From positions 10,044,001 to 10,108,000 of the forward strand of contig OZ281497.1 in the NCBI GenBank assembly GCA_965637545.1: a stretch of DNA of 64,000 bases. The letters are read 5' to 3'. Positions 39,401 through 54,010 of the stretch are shown piece by piece. The stretch is from Phallusia mammillata. Lineage: Eukaryota. Below the pieces are notes generated by a model. That model did no database searches. It was not told the origin of the DNA and saw nothing but the letters and a program-made list of their open reading frames with translations. Numbering within the stretch: the first letter of the stretch is position 1; each line of letters starts with the position of its first letter. The translations under genes and the position numbers were made by a program.

Positions 39401-42400
39401 CGGTCAATTAGATGAACATCAAGTATTGACCTCTAAATGTCCTTTTGCGGTGACCAAATCGATTGATGACGTGTCACCCGCCAATTACGGGTCGAGGCAA
39501 ACGATAATTGAAAGAAAATTATTTTTGGTGATTCTAAATAAATCGGTTCGTTTTACATTCACACGAAACATACAATTTACATATTCGTTGCTTAACTGAC
39601 CTTTTCCGCAAAGTTTTTTCCCAATTTTACAAATTTTATTGGTTAAATTAATCATAAAGTTTCGTTTGATTTTGACTGGCTACATAGCTTTTAACACCCA
39701 AACAAATCGAATGGACAACAAAAGAAGAAAAATCACACACAGCTGCAGGTGGGGTTGCCAAGGGAAATTCAGCGAGCTAGAATTGCTTTTTTGTTTTCAA
39801 AACCTCTTACATGCCAAACGAGACGTGTCGAATTTTCGGGCCAAGTTGCCTGCGTGGGCGAACAATTTCTAGAGTCAGTAAAGTTTTGTTACATTTACAC
39901 CTAAAACCACAATAGTTACATAATTTTGTGTGAGGCAACAACGGACAAGCTCATTAATGGCTTACTACTACTGAGGTATAACAGCTGATGATCACGGCGC
40001 TTGCGCTCTAAGCCAAAGGGCTTTGTAACGGCACAAATAGCTACAAGCCACCTGTGAAACCATTTATGCGTCACTAAAGAGAGTGGCCGTGACCACGTAA
40101 CATTTTACAACCCAAAGAACGCGTTTTATAACCCTCATTTGAAGGGATTTCTAACGAAGCACAAATATTACACAATAGAAGCTACTATTCATTGATTTTT
40201 TACAGACATCCAATTTTATTCAATGAAAACAACGGACACAAGCTGTTTTCTCTAAATTGGCAAAAAGGTAAAAATGAAAGTACAAAAAGTAGGTGATCAA
40301 GCCTAATATATTTGTCATGCGGCGTCAAGTTAGGGCTACGGTATGCAATAAACCTGTTTAGGCAAACAAGGCTTACTGAGGGCAAAGGCGGCTTCAAAAA
40401 ACAGCTTATCTGTCTCCACGAAGCGTGAAACGCACACGGGCGGTACTGGCGCAGTGTTGATATTAACGTGTGGTTTGTTCCATACACAATGTACACACAG
40501 GAAGACATAAGTAATATTAAGCGATGGGGAAATGGACTTATGACAAGATTTAATCAGTTTCGTTGAATCTGTTAACGCCATGAAAGATACAAAATCATCC
40601 CTAATGAATTCCAAATTTAAAAGTTCTTTATTTATTTCAAAATTTTCCATTTCAATTAAAAGTTTGTAATACTATTGGTAAAAACAAATGAGGTTAAATA
40701 TAAACACGCTTTAGAGTTGTTGTTTTTTTTACTGTGCAGTACATTAAAACAAAACCGAAAACGCGAAAGGCCATGTTCTTTCCATTGTGTAATCATCATG
40801 GACTGAGTAGATTGTGCCGTAAATTGGCAAGCAAACCTTTTATTTATTCTCCGTTGCGTAACAACCAATAACGGAAAATATCGACAATGACGCAACGTTG
40901 ACAAAACCCAAAACAGATTCGCGTCATACATGACTCAACATTAAAAACTTTGAAATAACGCATTTTTATCACAAGCAAGTCAGCGAAAAAGAAGTTTAAC
41001 ATTTCGTTGCTACTTCCGTTTTAGAAAGACCCGCTGCTTTTAGATCGCAATTAAAGTGTGTCAGTCGCATTAAAAGCAAATTGCAGTGTCGCTTTTTCGC
41101 CGCAAAGAGCAGCTTATCCCATTAAGATCGTGAACCAGTAAGCCCATTCTCTCTTTTTCTCGCTCTCACTGCTCTGCGCGTTGTGACGTCACAAATGAAA
41201 CTTTCTCTCTCGAATACGTAACAAACACAAAAGAGATTTCCTCTGAATATGGTGACTCCCTACTCCCTAGGGCAGGGGAAGGACAAACAATACAGATTAA
41301 AAATATATTTTTTAACATTCCCTTAATCAATAATACCCTCAAGACCAAGTCACGATCTTACTAAGCGCTTGTAATCATCAAAAATCCAAAAAAGGTAATT
41401 TCAAAAATTTGGAACTGAGACTAACAATCGGAATTGAACACAATTGAATGTTTTTTAAAAGTTAAATTGAAATAAATCTTGTTTAGAAAAGTATACAGCA
41501 CCATAAACAGTAGGCTTTAATCACGTGTTCAAACAAGGTCAAAATATTAGGCAAATATAACCCCTACACAGTGTTTTTTTAAGGTGTTTTGGGGGACCGA
41601 AACGGTGCCCCAAATTTCTCCAGCGGTTTCCCAAAATTTGCCAGTAGCCTAATAAATAATTCGTTTAAGCAAATATGGATATTTTTGGTATTTAAATGAA
41701 ACACTTGCGGTCTCTTAAAACTACTTAGCGGTCACCCAAACCAAACCTTAAAAAAAACCTACACATATTATTTTTTTTTACACAATGTCTACATATTAAT
41801 TTTTTACACAAATGTCTTCTTTTTTATTTCATACCAGCGGCGCCACACCCGCAAAATAGAGGCATTTTTACGCCCCCATTGAATTTTACAAAATCCAGAC
41901 TTTTATTACAGGATCATAGTTTAACTTGCCGCACAGAAAAAAGGGACCTTAATTTAAAGGTTTTGTTACTCATATTGTCAAGGAAAGAAAATAACAAAAA
42001 TATTTGTGCATTGTTTTGGGAGGTGCTTGGAGAATTGCGCAACAAACTTTTTGGCTCGCTCTCAAAAGCGAAGGCAATCACATGCAGCGATGGACGGTAG
42101 TGCAATGAGTGTACGTAACGTCACGGGTTAACTCATATGTTGTCACGTACGCCCACTTCTCTTGTTTCGTCATATAACGCAACGCACAACGACAAACCCA
42201 CTGCTGATATTACAGTATTATAGGAAAGCAATTGAAGGCCCCTTGATTTTTTGTCCATGAGAATTTTTGAATTATGCTGCGAAACAAAATTAGCTGAAAA
42301 CAATTTTAAATGAGACGTCTCAAAATGACTTATCATTGTCACTCAACCAATTAAAATATGTGCTAAATTCTTTGCCACACCAATTTTTAAAACGCAAAAA

Positions 42401-45400
42401 ACCACTTTAAAATCTTAAAACCACTTTAAAATCGCGCAAATAGGACTTATGAGCTAAATATCACGGAAAACAACAGGCCAGTACAGCAATTACATCAGAA
42501 AGGATGTCCCAGCGCCAGTCTATTAATAAACCACGCAAATGCAGCAGCTCTTTCCCAACAAGCAGAGGTTTATGACGTCACAACTCCTGATGACCTTTCA
42601 GGCTTATGAGTGTTGTAAACGAAATTGCCATTACTGAGTATTGGTATCCGGTGTAAATGGGCGAAAAGTTAACGGGATTCGCAAAGTGATTCCTAATGCG
42701 GATTTCATCATTGGTATTGTTTTCAAAGACATTTAACATCATTTTAAACATCATTCAAACATACATAGGTTTTAACAAATATTTAAGTGCCAACGACAAT
42801 GTTTAGATTTCATTTAAAACTACCGCTATATATTAAAATCCAGTTTGAAAAGGCACGCTAACAAATAAACACCGTAGTTTGTTTCTTAACACTGTGAGCA
42901 GGCGTTAATTTCAAATCCGCCAAGGCGTTAAGAAACTTCCTGTCTGTGCACAGAAGCCTGCCCACATGAACGTCAGCGGTTTGTTTGTTATTTCACATTA
43001 GCGTATAGCATAAGTCGGTTTGCACCAGTCAGAAGCCGGAAGTCCTAATGCCTTCTGCTCAACGTTCGCAAACGCGAGCAATTAAATGCAAACCGGAAAA
43101 ATGGGACAGTCGTTTAAATTTTGCCGAAGATGTGGTTTTGAACCACAACAATTTGGACCTTTTTCGCCTGTGTTTGACATGTATAATGACATTGATATTA
43201 TATATGCGAAATATTTGCATGCTATAACCCATTACCCTACATGCGGTCTGGGTTTGGACATTTCACATTAATGTTGCGGGAGTGGTATTTTATCAAGGCA
43301 AAGAAAAAATGTTACAATTTTATGTAATGTGTAATTTATTTTTGCACGCAGGAAATGTAACATTTCTTTCCTTAAACGCAATAGCACGAAATAAAACCTA
43401 CTTAATTTTTCTGATGCAAAACAAACAGCTATAAAATTTTCATCAGATTCAGTTTTAGGCTCAGTTTTCCATATTTGCTGTAAAAACAACAATCATGTAT
43501 TTTCATTTCCACAGATGTTTATTGAGTAGGCCGCATGAGAACAATAAATCAAAACCGCTTCGTATCATTGCCGGACAGCCTAGGGGCAGAACAGTCATGA
43601 TTTACAAGGATTTATGGCGTCTAATAGCGCCTCACACCCTCCCTATTTCGGATTATCAACACGAAAAGATAAAAATTTGAAAATTTAAATTGGACTGTTC
43701 AAAGCAGCAAGAGGTTATTGAACAGCCCGAGAACAAAGAACGTATTGTTTACGTAACAAAACGGTTTTTCAAACTAGCACGTCAACACAACACGAACTTT
43801 TTTCGCGTTTAAAATAAAACTGAAATGTGGCAAATATTTTGTTGACATTTAAAATTCGTTTTACAGAAGTTTACAGGGCACTTACAAGCTATCCAAATAC
43901 TCACGTACAAAAAGTAGGGAGATTTATACGAACCTCAAAACACACATTGTAAGTAAAGTTATTGGCATTTGACTCGACAATCAAACAACAGGGTCGTTGG
44001 TATTGCTGTTTCACAAGTGTGGTATTAAATTACGAGTGTTGGTAACGACACTTGTTGTTTTTGTCATTGTTTACGTTTAATTTAAACATCGACTGTTTGG
44101 GCCTTATGAGTGCCACAGTGTAGGAGTTTCGTGCACTCGGGATTAAAAGTTCAGAAAAAAATTGGTTTTAAAATTGCGTGTAAATCATTTCCTCAAACGG
44201 ACGTAATTTTTCAGGTAATTTTGACAGCAAAATACCCAATTGTGCCGTAAAAAGGAATATCTGTTTACAGACAGTAAACCACTATCCGCTTTCGGTATTT
44301 GAAGGCCAATGATTAAAGAGGAAGTGGACCTATGTGTGCTTGTGGGGTCGTCTGACTTTTCTGCGTACCAAAGGGGAAATTGGCCACAACGGGCCAGTCA
44401 GTGGGTCTTCTGCATAGACATCAACACAAACAACAATGCCTAAAGCACAACTTCGCCCGAAAAAGTTTATGCAGTGACGCAAAACTTTCATTTTCCCGTA
44501 TTCAAAATACAACCGGTTAAATTGGTGCGCTTTTAAAAACATTTCTGTAAACAGAAACGACTTTTTCGTGGCTTGGTTTCCTTTTATTTATGACCGATTC
44601 TATGTAGTGCGCATGTAACAATGTAAACATGATACACCGAGTGTTTGTAATTATGGATTATAAACTGAGCGCGTTAAAATCATTGGGCGTGTGCGATTAT
44701 AGCACACAAGACCTTAATGTTTGGCTTTGGAGTGTTATCGGTGTGTACACGGTAAGCTCAAAACTGCTTCACAAACAAGAAGTTTTTGAGAAATGATTGA
44801 CTAATTTCACAACCTTGATAGTCAACTTTTAAATACATTTTTATTGCATATATTTCATGTTAAAGTGTAAAAGTCTTGCTCTCTAAAACAATGCAAAATC
44901 ATGTTTCGATTACACCGGATAGAATTTGAGCTAGTGGTAAAAATCAAGGAAGTGTTTTCGCGAAGGCATTAGCAAGCAACTGTGATTTTTTTAAGATTTG
45001 CATAAGCGAGCTTGCGTCACCACACCTACATTACATGCTTTGCATCACATGCCTGCCAACCACGAGCCATAATGAGACATATAAACAACACATTACTCAG
45101 TGGTAGCATGACCGGATTGTACAACGGAAATGGAATGCACAGTCTTGCACAAGTATCTTTAAGTTGTTCTTTCCAAAATTTGTTTCGATTATTGTATTAC
45201 AAAATTAACAAGATTTTAATTTAAACCCTGGTGGTTAAAGCATCAATTAAATGATTTCTACGAACACGGCTAAAGTTGTCGTAAGCGCAACGATGCGTAA
45301 CGAAGTGCCCAAAGGTTCGGCGAACCAATCCAAATTGCAAATTGCTTAACTTGGCAAAAAATGCTTCCAGACAAAATTTAGAAAACTTATGCATAAAAAA

Positions 45401-48400
45401 ACGCTGTGGTTGGAATAAAAATTTTGCTTGTTACCAAACGTTAATTCTAAAGACGAAACACAATTCCAGCAATGCCACAGGAAGCCTGGGGACTGTTTAG
45501 GATCAATCAATCACGCGTTTTCAGGAGCATAAAAGAAACAAAGGAGGGAGGGAGTGGCGCGGTCATTGTTGCGCAACAAAGGGAAGAAGACAAACCGACA
45601 AGGTGAGCGCACACACATGACGAGAAGCCGAGAATCGTTAAAGAGCTTCTATTGTGTTTCGGCGGGACTGTCCCGGCAGCGGGTTTGATTTACTGTGGGG
45701 GAGAATTGTAAACAATATCTTCCTATTGATGTGCAACGTTTGAAATGAAACTTGTTTGTTTTTCCGTGTACATATTTTTGTATCGCCACTCTGTCTGTAG
45801 TTAGATGAAAATGTTCCCAAATATGCACCATTAAATCGTCGCAATTGCTTCAAAAACTCAACCCTGCTTGTGTTACCAGCTTGGTAAAACATTTGATATA
45901 TTTTATGGTAGCGAACAACACCAGTACAGAAAACCTGGCCAAAGGAGCAAGTATCTCCGGTTAAGGAGAAAATGCCATGAAACCTTGACGAAAATCAATA
46001 AACTTATCCAAACTGTTCTGGTCTCCAGGCGCCAGCGACGTGGGGGGAAAGGAAAGCACAATAAACCATCAAATACAAGTTGTTCGACCAAACCACATAC
46101 CTTCCCGTTTCGTTTGAAAAATTGTCAAGCAAACTTTCCCACATTAATCCAAAAGTATTTCACCCTTTACAAAATCGTCTGAAACTAGTTTACGAACGAG
46201 TTTAATCAGTCAAGAATTAACATCGTTTAAAGTTTTCTTTCAGAAATGTACGTTAGCTTGCGTTTTCAATTGCCTGAAGTCGAAAAGTCGCTTTAAACCA
46301 GGTCGATGACAGACGCGCAGTTGGATAATGAAATAATGATATGACCAACAGATGTAGATGAGTTGATATCAGCGCGCCTTCTACAAGCATTTGGCGATCA
46401 ATAACCTGACAGGATTTGAAGATAATTCAAAATTGTGTTGAATTAAAATTGTTCTATTTTGATTGTTTATTACAAAAGTTAAAAAAAAAATCTAAAATCT
46501 AAACCGAAATTTAAAACAATGGCACTAAAAGGCAAAATTGAAATTGATTTCAACTAATACTTTCTACTTCTAAATCATTTATCAGTATTATTAGTATTTT
46601 AACTAAACGAAGAATTTAAAATGGTACATGCTTACAAAATTTCGATTTATAACTTCGCTTCTTGTGTATGTTTTAAACAAGGATTAATTTGAAAAGTGCT
46701 GTAACAGCAGAAACCGTTCTGCGTTGGCTGATCGAGAGCGAAAGGCGAATTAGCATGTCGCTGGGGTTCAGTTACTTTGATCGATAATCGTGCCACGGAA
46801 GGAAACACTAGCCTACTTGCGCTACCAGATTGTGTTACAAACATCGCAACTGCAACAAAGCATCGAATGCACGGAATAACTGTAGTTGTTGTTTTTTGGA
46901 TTCAAAAATAGTTTAAAGCGACAAAATAAATAATTCAAAACGTACAAATGTAAGTGTTGTTGTGTTAATTTTCATTAAAATGAAACTGTGTTCGTATGTA
47001 ACCACATTGTTTTGCTAAAAAGTTATTAGAGTGTCAAAAAACACGGGTCTGAAAATACAAAGTTTAAACCGTTGACGATATTTAACATTTCTCATAACTT
47101 CAACGCGAACCACAAACAGATGACAACCGTGGAATAGGCCGCGGCAAGAGAATAAAGAAACAAAGAAAGGAGCAGAGTGAAAGGCGCGTCTTTTCACCGC
47201 GGCACAAGCGCTGCAATTTAATACGGGCGGAAATTATGGCATAGGAACAACACAGCCACTGCCTCTTCAGTCGGGGATCGAAGTATCGTAAACTACGTCC
47301 CCTTTTTGAATACAATGTCAACAGGCTGCGATGAGTCAATACACGATGTGAAACGAACCGAATTGTAAGGAGCCTGTAGGGATTAAAACACTTACGTCGG
47401 CGCGTGTGGCTATAATTGTTTATAACGTAACAGTGCCCTTTGTCTGGTATTTAAATTGCTGCACAACTCTCATCAATAAGCGTGTTTTTACCAACAAAAA
47501 TTCATGGAAATTAATTTTGACATTAATTGCGTTGATCCAAACGTTTTATTGGAACAAGATTACATTAGGAGTACATGATAACATGGCGACCATTTCAATG
47601 ATTTTGCCTTTATGTCGTGTTCATATATAACATAAGTATCAATTCATTCTCTTCGTTTGGCCAAAAGCATATTGCTACCACAGCGTTATTAAAACCAGCA
47701 TGATTTTTAACGTTTCACAGCACAGGAAGTTTAGCAATCAACGTCCGACAATTTACACAACGGTAAACGCCTGCCTGTTATAATATCAAGTGATTCATTT
47801 GGTACAAATATTGACCTATATCGAAAAGCCATTCGCTTGTAGCAGACCATTGAGCAGAGCCGCAAGAAAACAATAATAAAAGAAAGAAATGTTTTAGAGC
47901 AGAGAAGAGTGGGAGAGTCGGGAGGGGTCGAAATAGTTGTAGCTTTCCCAACACTGACTTGGCCATCTGTTTACAACCTAATTAATCCCACCCGACCACA
48001 AAGCAGAGCGCTGTTGCGTTCACAATACTAAACAAACTACTGAGCAGAAAAAAATGATTTGTTGCCATTTTCTACTGTTCTACACTTCAATTATATTCAT
48101 GCTATACTTTAAATTTCATTTCGTTATGTTTCTTTAGCATAAAGAATATTCTATTTTAACACGGCTGAAGTGCATTAAAATTTAACAGAATTTGCTTTGG
48201 AGGTCCTACGCATAAGGGCGAAGGTTACTTCATGATCATGACATCAAATCTTGAATGGAATATGTCAGCAGGAGAGAAACTAAAACACCTCAGGTCAATT
48301 TAAATTCCATTTCAGATTAAGAAAGCACCATGACTAAATAAAAAATAAAAACTTTTTGTTCGCGCATTATTTGATGTACATAAACCAATGTAATTTATTT

Positions 48401-51400
48401 ATCTGCACCTTTTATTTCAAAAAAATTTGACAAAATTGTGCACGAAATTTTCATGGGAACGCAATTTATGGTTTCAAAGGCGTTTTGTGGATAAATAATT
48501 AACGAGCAGGCGGTAATATTGTAAATGGCGCCGCAGTCAGTCGGGCGAGCTTTGACCTTGTGGCTTTCAAAACACATTAGATGAAACATGCTTCACAGCA
48601 ATTCCGTTTTAAAGCGGATAAAATCCAATACCGGTTACGCGGCGTACGTTTTGTTGCTATGTGTTGAAATATAAAATACCATGTAAGCACAATCTAAATT
48701 CGATTTTACACGGGACCTAACAAAATATAGCAAGCCTTGAAAGTTTGTGCAGTACTAGGGTACGAGCACTTGGTAAACATTGCCGAATCATTTTAAATAT
48801 TAGCTTGGTGACGTAGCAGCTGTTTAACAATCCTTCGTCAAACCCAGGTCTTGGGACTTACAGCGGAATGAACTCTCTAAAAAGGCTGTAATTGCCGGCT
48901 GTATCGGCCATTACTTTAACGGTGCAACGGGGCTAATTGGAAAATACGAAAGAGATAACTAGCACTTTGATATAGTTGGCTGCAGCGGCAAGGTACACTA
49001 TTCAGCACTTCAAACAAACAACGACGCGAAGCGAGCGACTGGGAAGTTATAATGAGTTCGCATGTAACTCCTATAATACGCTAAAGCCCACGAGAGATTT
49101 GCGCTGTGCCAACTTGGGTGTTAAGGGAATGTTACGTGTGCTTCCAAATCGGTGCAATAATGGATATCTAAATTGTATCACAAATTGAAAGATATCCAAA
49201 TTGTATCGCATTTTCTTTACAAATTCAAAAAACATGTTAAAAAACAAATGACTTTATCGTAAGGCAGAACCAATAAACAACTTTTTGTTTGAAAAGAACT
49301 TTTGCGTTGATATTTTATGTGCTTACAAAGTAATAGTTGACAACAACTTTTTTACTTTTCCTACGCTTGGATAATTGTGGTCGTGCGAAACAATGCGCAA
49401 AATGGGACGCAATAATAACAGCCTGCAGTGATATTGTAAAGAAAACTCTCCACAAACGAACGGAAAGCATTAACTTTACCGCGTCATGCTCTGCCGCCAC
49501 CGAAGAATGACGCAATAAAAGGGCGAGGTCATAGTTCAGCGCTCAACGACAAGCCGATTACTATGTGGAACTTTGTGAAATTATCCCAAGGCGTTGCCCG
49601 GCGCATTACGATCGAGAAAGTTCCTCAATTAAGAGAAGCGTAATAACTTGAAAGTGCTGGATTAGTCATAAAAGCCACCGCAATTACACAATGTTTCAAT
49701 TCGAAACTAGCACATCTAGAATTTAATTTAACTATGTTCCGTTTCAGGCCTGTCGACATACGACCGACAGACATTCAATATGGTGACAATTCTTACAAAT
49801 TTAATGTAAAAAATCCACCCCAGAAAACATTCTTCCAAAATGAACAAACGAAATGATCGAAATGCAAATAAAATTGGCAAGTAACGTTTAGTTTCCTGCA
49901 TTAGGTACATTGCGTTTTGCTTATCTCGGGTCCAACCGCCGTGTTTTCTTTGCACTGTGACGTCACAAAGAGAAAACAAACGGGTACTTGTTTGCTGTTA
50001 GCCCCGGGTTATCGGCTCCCGGGAGCGAAGAATGATTCTATTTTAGGCTTCATTCAAGCATCTGACAGTTTTTCGACAACTTGCGAACAAGCGAGATAAT
50101 TATTTACAAACATTAAAATGAAGCTTTGACCACTATTATTATCTAACCAATATTGTTTCATCAAATGTAGCAAATGCATAGCGTTAGTTAAACGACTTGC
50201 ATGTCAAATACTACATCAGATTAAGAATGGATTTGTTGTACTTCAAAACTATTTCAATTTGTTCGCAGCAAGATTGGCAACACCCAAAACATACGAAGCA
50301 TTTTTGTCATAAAGTGACGGAGGGATTTTAAATCTGGCCAGTTGCGAATTAGCGATTACAATTTAAAAACCGTTCGGTCGCTCCCACGTACAATGGCGCG
50401 ACCTAAAAAGCCATTGTGTAATTTATAACGGCGGGTTTGGTAAACCGGAAAAGTAGAGGACAACAGAGAACCAGAAACAATAGCATGATGGTATAGCACG
50501 CGTCAATGTCCTGCGCGTTTTAAACAAAACCGTAAGGAAGACTGTATATTCACAGCGTACCCAATACATTATCAACAACGCTACGCATACATCCCTAAAA
50601 ACCAAACTCGAATCAGTCGTAAAAATTAACAACAGGACACTAGCTTGCACGAACACAACATGCTAATTGCCTGGCCCGAATTTGGCAACCACCACACATA
50701 GGCATGATTAGAGACTGGTATATTTGCATACCGTTGTAACCTATAACGCTGAATACTGAGAAGCAGCGCTGTCGGGTTTAGTCTCTATATTAAACCATCT
50801 CTCCAATAAAAAACAATTTGTTAAATACAGCACACATAAATGTAAAGTATGGTGAAAAAGTTTACCGTGGGAGCAAAATTATAAATCTGCATTTGTCCCA
50901 ATATTATCGTCTGTTATTGGTCGAACCTATTGTGCAGCCAAGCTAGGGATACATAAATAATGCAAGAACGTTTGAAATGACATGGCCGTTAAGAGGTAAC
51001 CCGCCTTACACGCCGAATGACCCCAACAAAAGCACATTCTTGACAAGACGCTCGCAGTAATAGCTGAGAAAGCTAAACAGAAACACGGCCTTATGGTGGT
51101 TTCCGAAATGTTTGAAAAGTACCAGGTAACGTTATGTCACGTTTTTTACGCAAATTTACATAAAAACTGTTGCTGTCTGTTAAATACGCAAGGTGTTTTT
51201 TCATGGTTTGCAAAAACGCATGACTGACGGGGATAAATACAGCGTGAAGGTGGGCAGCATACTTGCGGTCAAAAGTAGGCGTATTTCCCAAGTCGGTGCA
51301 GTTTTCGCCACATTCCTATCTCACAGCGGCGCGATTGTGATCTCATAAAAGCCACTGAAGCGCGTATTAACACGTCATCGTGGGCAATCACCCGAGTCAC

Positions 51401-52125
51401 TTGATAAGGCGTGTAGAGTGCTCAATTGACCCATCACAAACACGAGACTTGACCCGTTTAAAAATCGGAGAAATTAAGAGTTTGTGTAACACATATTCCA
51501 ACATCGGCACAGTCAGCAGGAAACATCGACGCATGTTTAATCAAAAGGCCTTTTTTACAGCCTTTAGAATCCCTTTTGACTAGTGCTTTCCTGTGTGATT
51601 TTCTATCATCGAATACAATGGTTTAAATTTAATGAAATACAGAGATCGATTGGGTGAGCAAGAGCGCTGTTACTTGCAGATGACCCCGATTCTCTGGTAG
51701 ACCAAACCACACCACAAACAACGATCAATATTTCATACCTCGCCATGTTGTGACGTACGGCCAGCCGGGGTTGTCTCGGGTAGATAGTAAAGACGAGTTG
51801 ATGCCAAATCCTGGCCGGAGTGCTTATCATGCCAAAGCAATTGGACCTCACCCACACAGACAGGGTCTTCGGGGCGGCATTGTACAAAGAAGAACTCGCC
51901 CAGGGATAAAATCCTTTCATTGATCAATGGTGCGAAACCGTCACGCTCGAATGACTCATCCAGGTTGTCGTCAGTGCGGGCGGTGAAGGACCGTCTTTCG
52001 CGGTTGCGGTTTCGCAAGGTGGCGCTGTTGCTTGCCGGAAGCAGGTTCTGTTCCGGCGCCAGGCTAAAGCGGAAAGCCTTGTAAAATACGTAGGATCCAT
52101 GGCGACCGCAGCTACCACCCACCCA
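21469..52125 (-). CDS. ARID5B: AT-rich interactive domain protein 5 (ARID5B-like: BAH + ARID + long low-complexity C-terminus), >=11 coding exons, >1500 aa; start exon not located
   Basis: Exons 52125-51739, 34762-34652, 34215-34095, 34026-33682, 31048-30915, 29319-28521, 25724-25672, 25493-25396, 25068-24951, 23920-23180 and 23079-21469 join in frame (4518 nt). BAH region: WVGGSCGRHGSYVFYKAF...RILSLGEFFFVQC..LYYLPETTPAGR..HGE|DEMLAVSDK, then FCRDTFEYPQL..ICEEL|APVFKGRPRKK. ARID domain: FLDKLYQFMRKRNTPIGRIPSLGFKK|LDLW..GGYDM|VTAKRLWKHVYDRMGGNPSCTSAATCTRKHFE|RLLLPFE. Confidence 0.93.
26460..26861. mobile_element. pogo/Tigger-type MITE in an ARID5 intron
   Basis: TA flanks. TIR CCGTATTTTACGGACC / GGTCCGTAAAATACGG. 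Subterminal GTGCGCCTTAT repeats. Confidence 0.9.
41569..41757. mobile_element. Degenerate hAT-type MITE, right end clipped
   Basis: Left end CAGTGTTTTTTTAAGG..GGGGGACCG. Right end CGGTCACCC..CCTTAAAAAAAA lacks the terminal CACTG. CCTACA recurs on both flanks. Confidence 0.5.
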
Positions 52126-53934
52126 CTGCAGGAAAGAGAAATTATTTTTAGTCAATAGACAGGGAGTTGGAAAAATGTATCATTTATAATCTTCCGCGTT
52201 ATATCATATCCGCCAAAGTAATGTAGTACCATGTCGACCTTATAGGCATTTTAGTCAAACTTGTTCTTGTATTTGCAAGTAATGCATGGACTATGTTACA
52301 AACGGTGCATTATTTATCTGTCATTACTTTTGAAATAATAATAATAATGTCCAAATCATTGTTTGTAAAAAATATATAATTACTACAATTAATCAAGCTA
52401 CTTTTAGGTCTAAGACAGGTATTCTTTTACATTGCATCGTGCGTAGAATAAAAACACGACTTTAGTTTGGGTTATAGCGTATCTCGGATTGAAAACGGCA
52501 GGAATTTCCCTGCTGACAGGCTTTTCCATCAAATGCTTGAATGACAATTAATACTAACAGTGGCAGCGATTTGTTAGCGGTGTCGAAGTTTGCGGGACAC
52601 CCCAACAGGCAATTGTTATCTCTGTGTGAATTCCTACGCGTAAAGCGCCTTTCTCTTTCCATAGTCAGGCATCGACGTGGTGGCGATGGCGGGCGCGTAA
52701 CTTCGACAGGAAATTTTCCGAGAAGATTTGCCACAAGCGAGTAGTTTGCCAGCGCGTCCTACTCTTGTGTTTCAACGCCGGCTGCTAAATTAAGCAGAAA
52801 CGCAGTAACGCGAGTTCGTCTTTGCATAAAAGGGGTTACACGCGCAGATGTTGCACAACTATATCAATTCGCACGTTGATATCGTGGACTGTTGATTTGC
52901 AAATACTGTGCATGATTTCAAATTGAATGTAAATGAACTCCTTGATTTCATCACATACATGATATTATAATTTGTACGACCACTATAAATTTATCACAAA
53001 GATACTGTATTGTCTTATAAATCGCGGATATTTTTTTAGTATAAAATATATTCAGTCAACCTTTTCTTTTAACTGTTAAAAAAACAATACTAAAAAAGTA
53101 AATATCATTGCAAACACTAACAGAATTAAGGCAATCACATTATATGTTGATGTGAAAAAACACGTATATAATTTACTTTAACACATAAATAAGTTTAATC
53201 AAGTGAAAAAACATCAAATTGTAAGTCTTACATTAAAGCTCATTTAGGTGTGTACTGTTCTTTATGGGAAAAAAGTGTTTCTAAAATTGAAAATGTCGCT
53301 TTTCAAAATGTTATCAAGCCAACGGAAGCCCGTTTAGGGAAATATAGCTGAGCAGCGTCGGTTACAAATCGATTGAGGCAGTAGCACAGCAGCAAATTAA
53401 TTACTATGCGACTTCATGCAGAGCACTATAAACAGTTGCCCTTCCTTCGTGATATAATAGCGGGCTAATTATTGGTGTCTGTTTCGCATTGGGTACATTG
53501 CGGCACACAACTCAAGGTCCGACACGAACATTGTATTTTTAGAGCAACCTTTTAACAGCGCGTTCCTTTTGACATTTCCCCATTCGGGTTTTATTAGCTT
53601 GTGTAGTGGCGAGATATTAATAACAGCCAGGAAGTATTTTACGTCAACAAAAAGGGACACAAGATTTTAATTCAGTTTCCATTTCGCTGTAGGCGTATTA
53701 TACATATTACTTGTGGCACGAATGAACATACCGTTGTCATAAAATCAATAAACAAGTTAAAACGCATCCCAAAGGACTTCACAAGCGCGGTTTATAGTTC
53801 CCACGACGGATGGTTAGTATTGTTTTAGTGCTCTAAACTTTATCATTATCAACGTTGCACGTTTTAAATTAGTTTTGATAGTAACTTTCGACAAGTTAGT
53901 GATAAGTACTGCGGCCTCTTTAAAGCTGTGTTGT

Positions 53935-54010
53935 CACGCACAACACGCGTACACACCCCACACGCGTGTGCACATACGCGCGAGCACGCACGCACACTTG
54001 GCGAGCACGA
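53935..54010. repeat. Imperfect alternating purine-pyrimidine (CA/CG/TG) tract
   Basis: CACGCACAACACGCGTACACACCCCACACGCGTGTGCACATACGCGCGAGCACGCACGCACAC read directly from the sequence. Confidence 0.75.

Noticed and set aside
39380-43450. Other CTGATGA/TCATCAG heptamers (~39385, ~39985, ~42587, ~43440) as hammerheads
   Set aside because: None is followed by a stem II and GAAA box at the right spacing.
35000-51700. Many 60-130 aa ORFs as a possible nested gene
   Set aside because: No recognisable domains, many non-ATG starts, and I could not chain them with splice sites. A short nested gene is not formally excluded.
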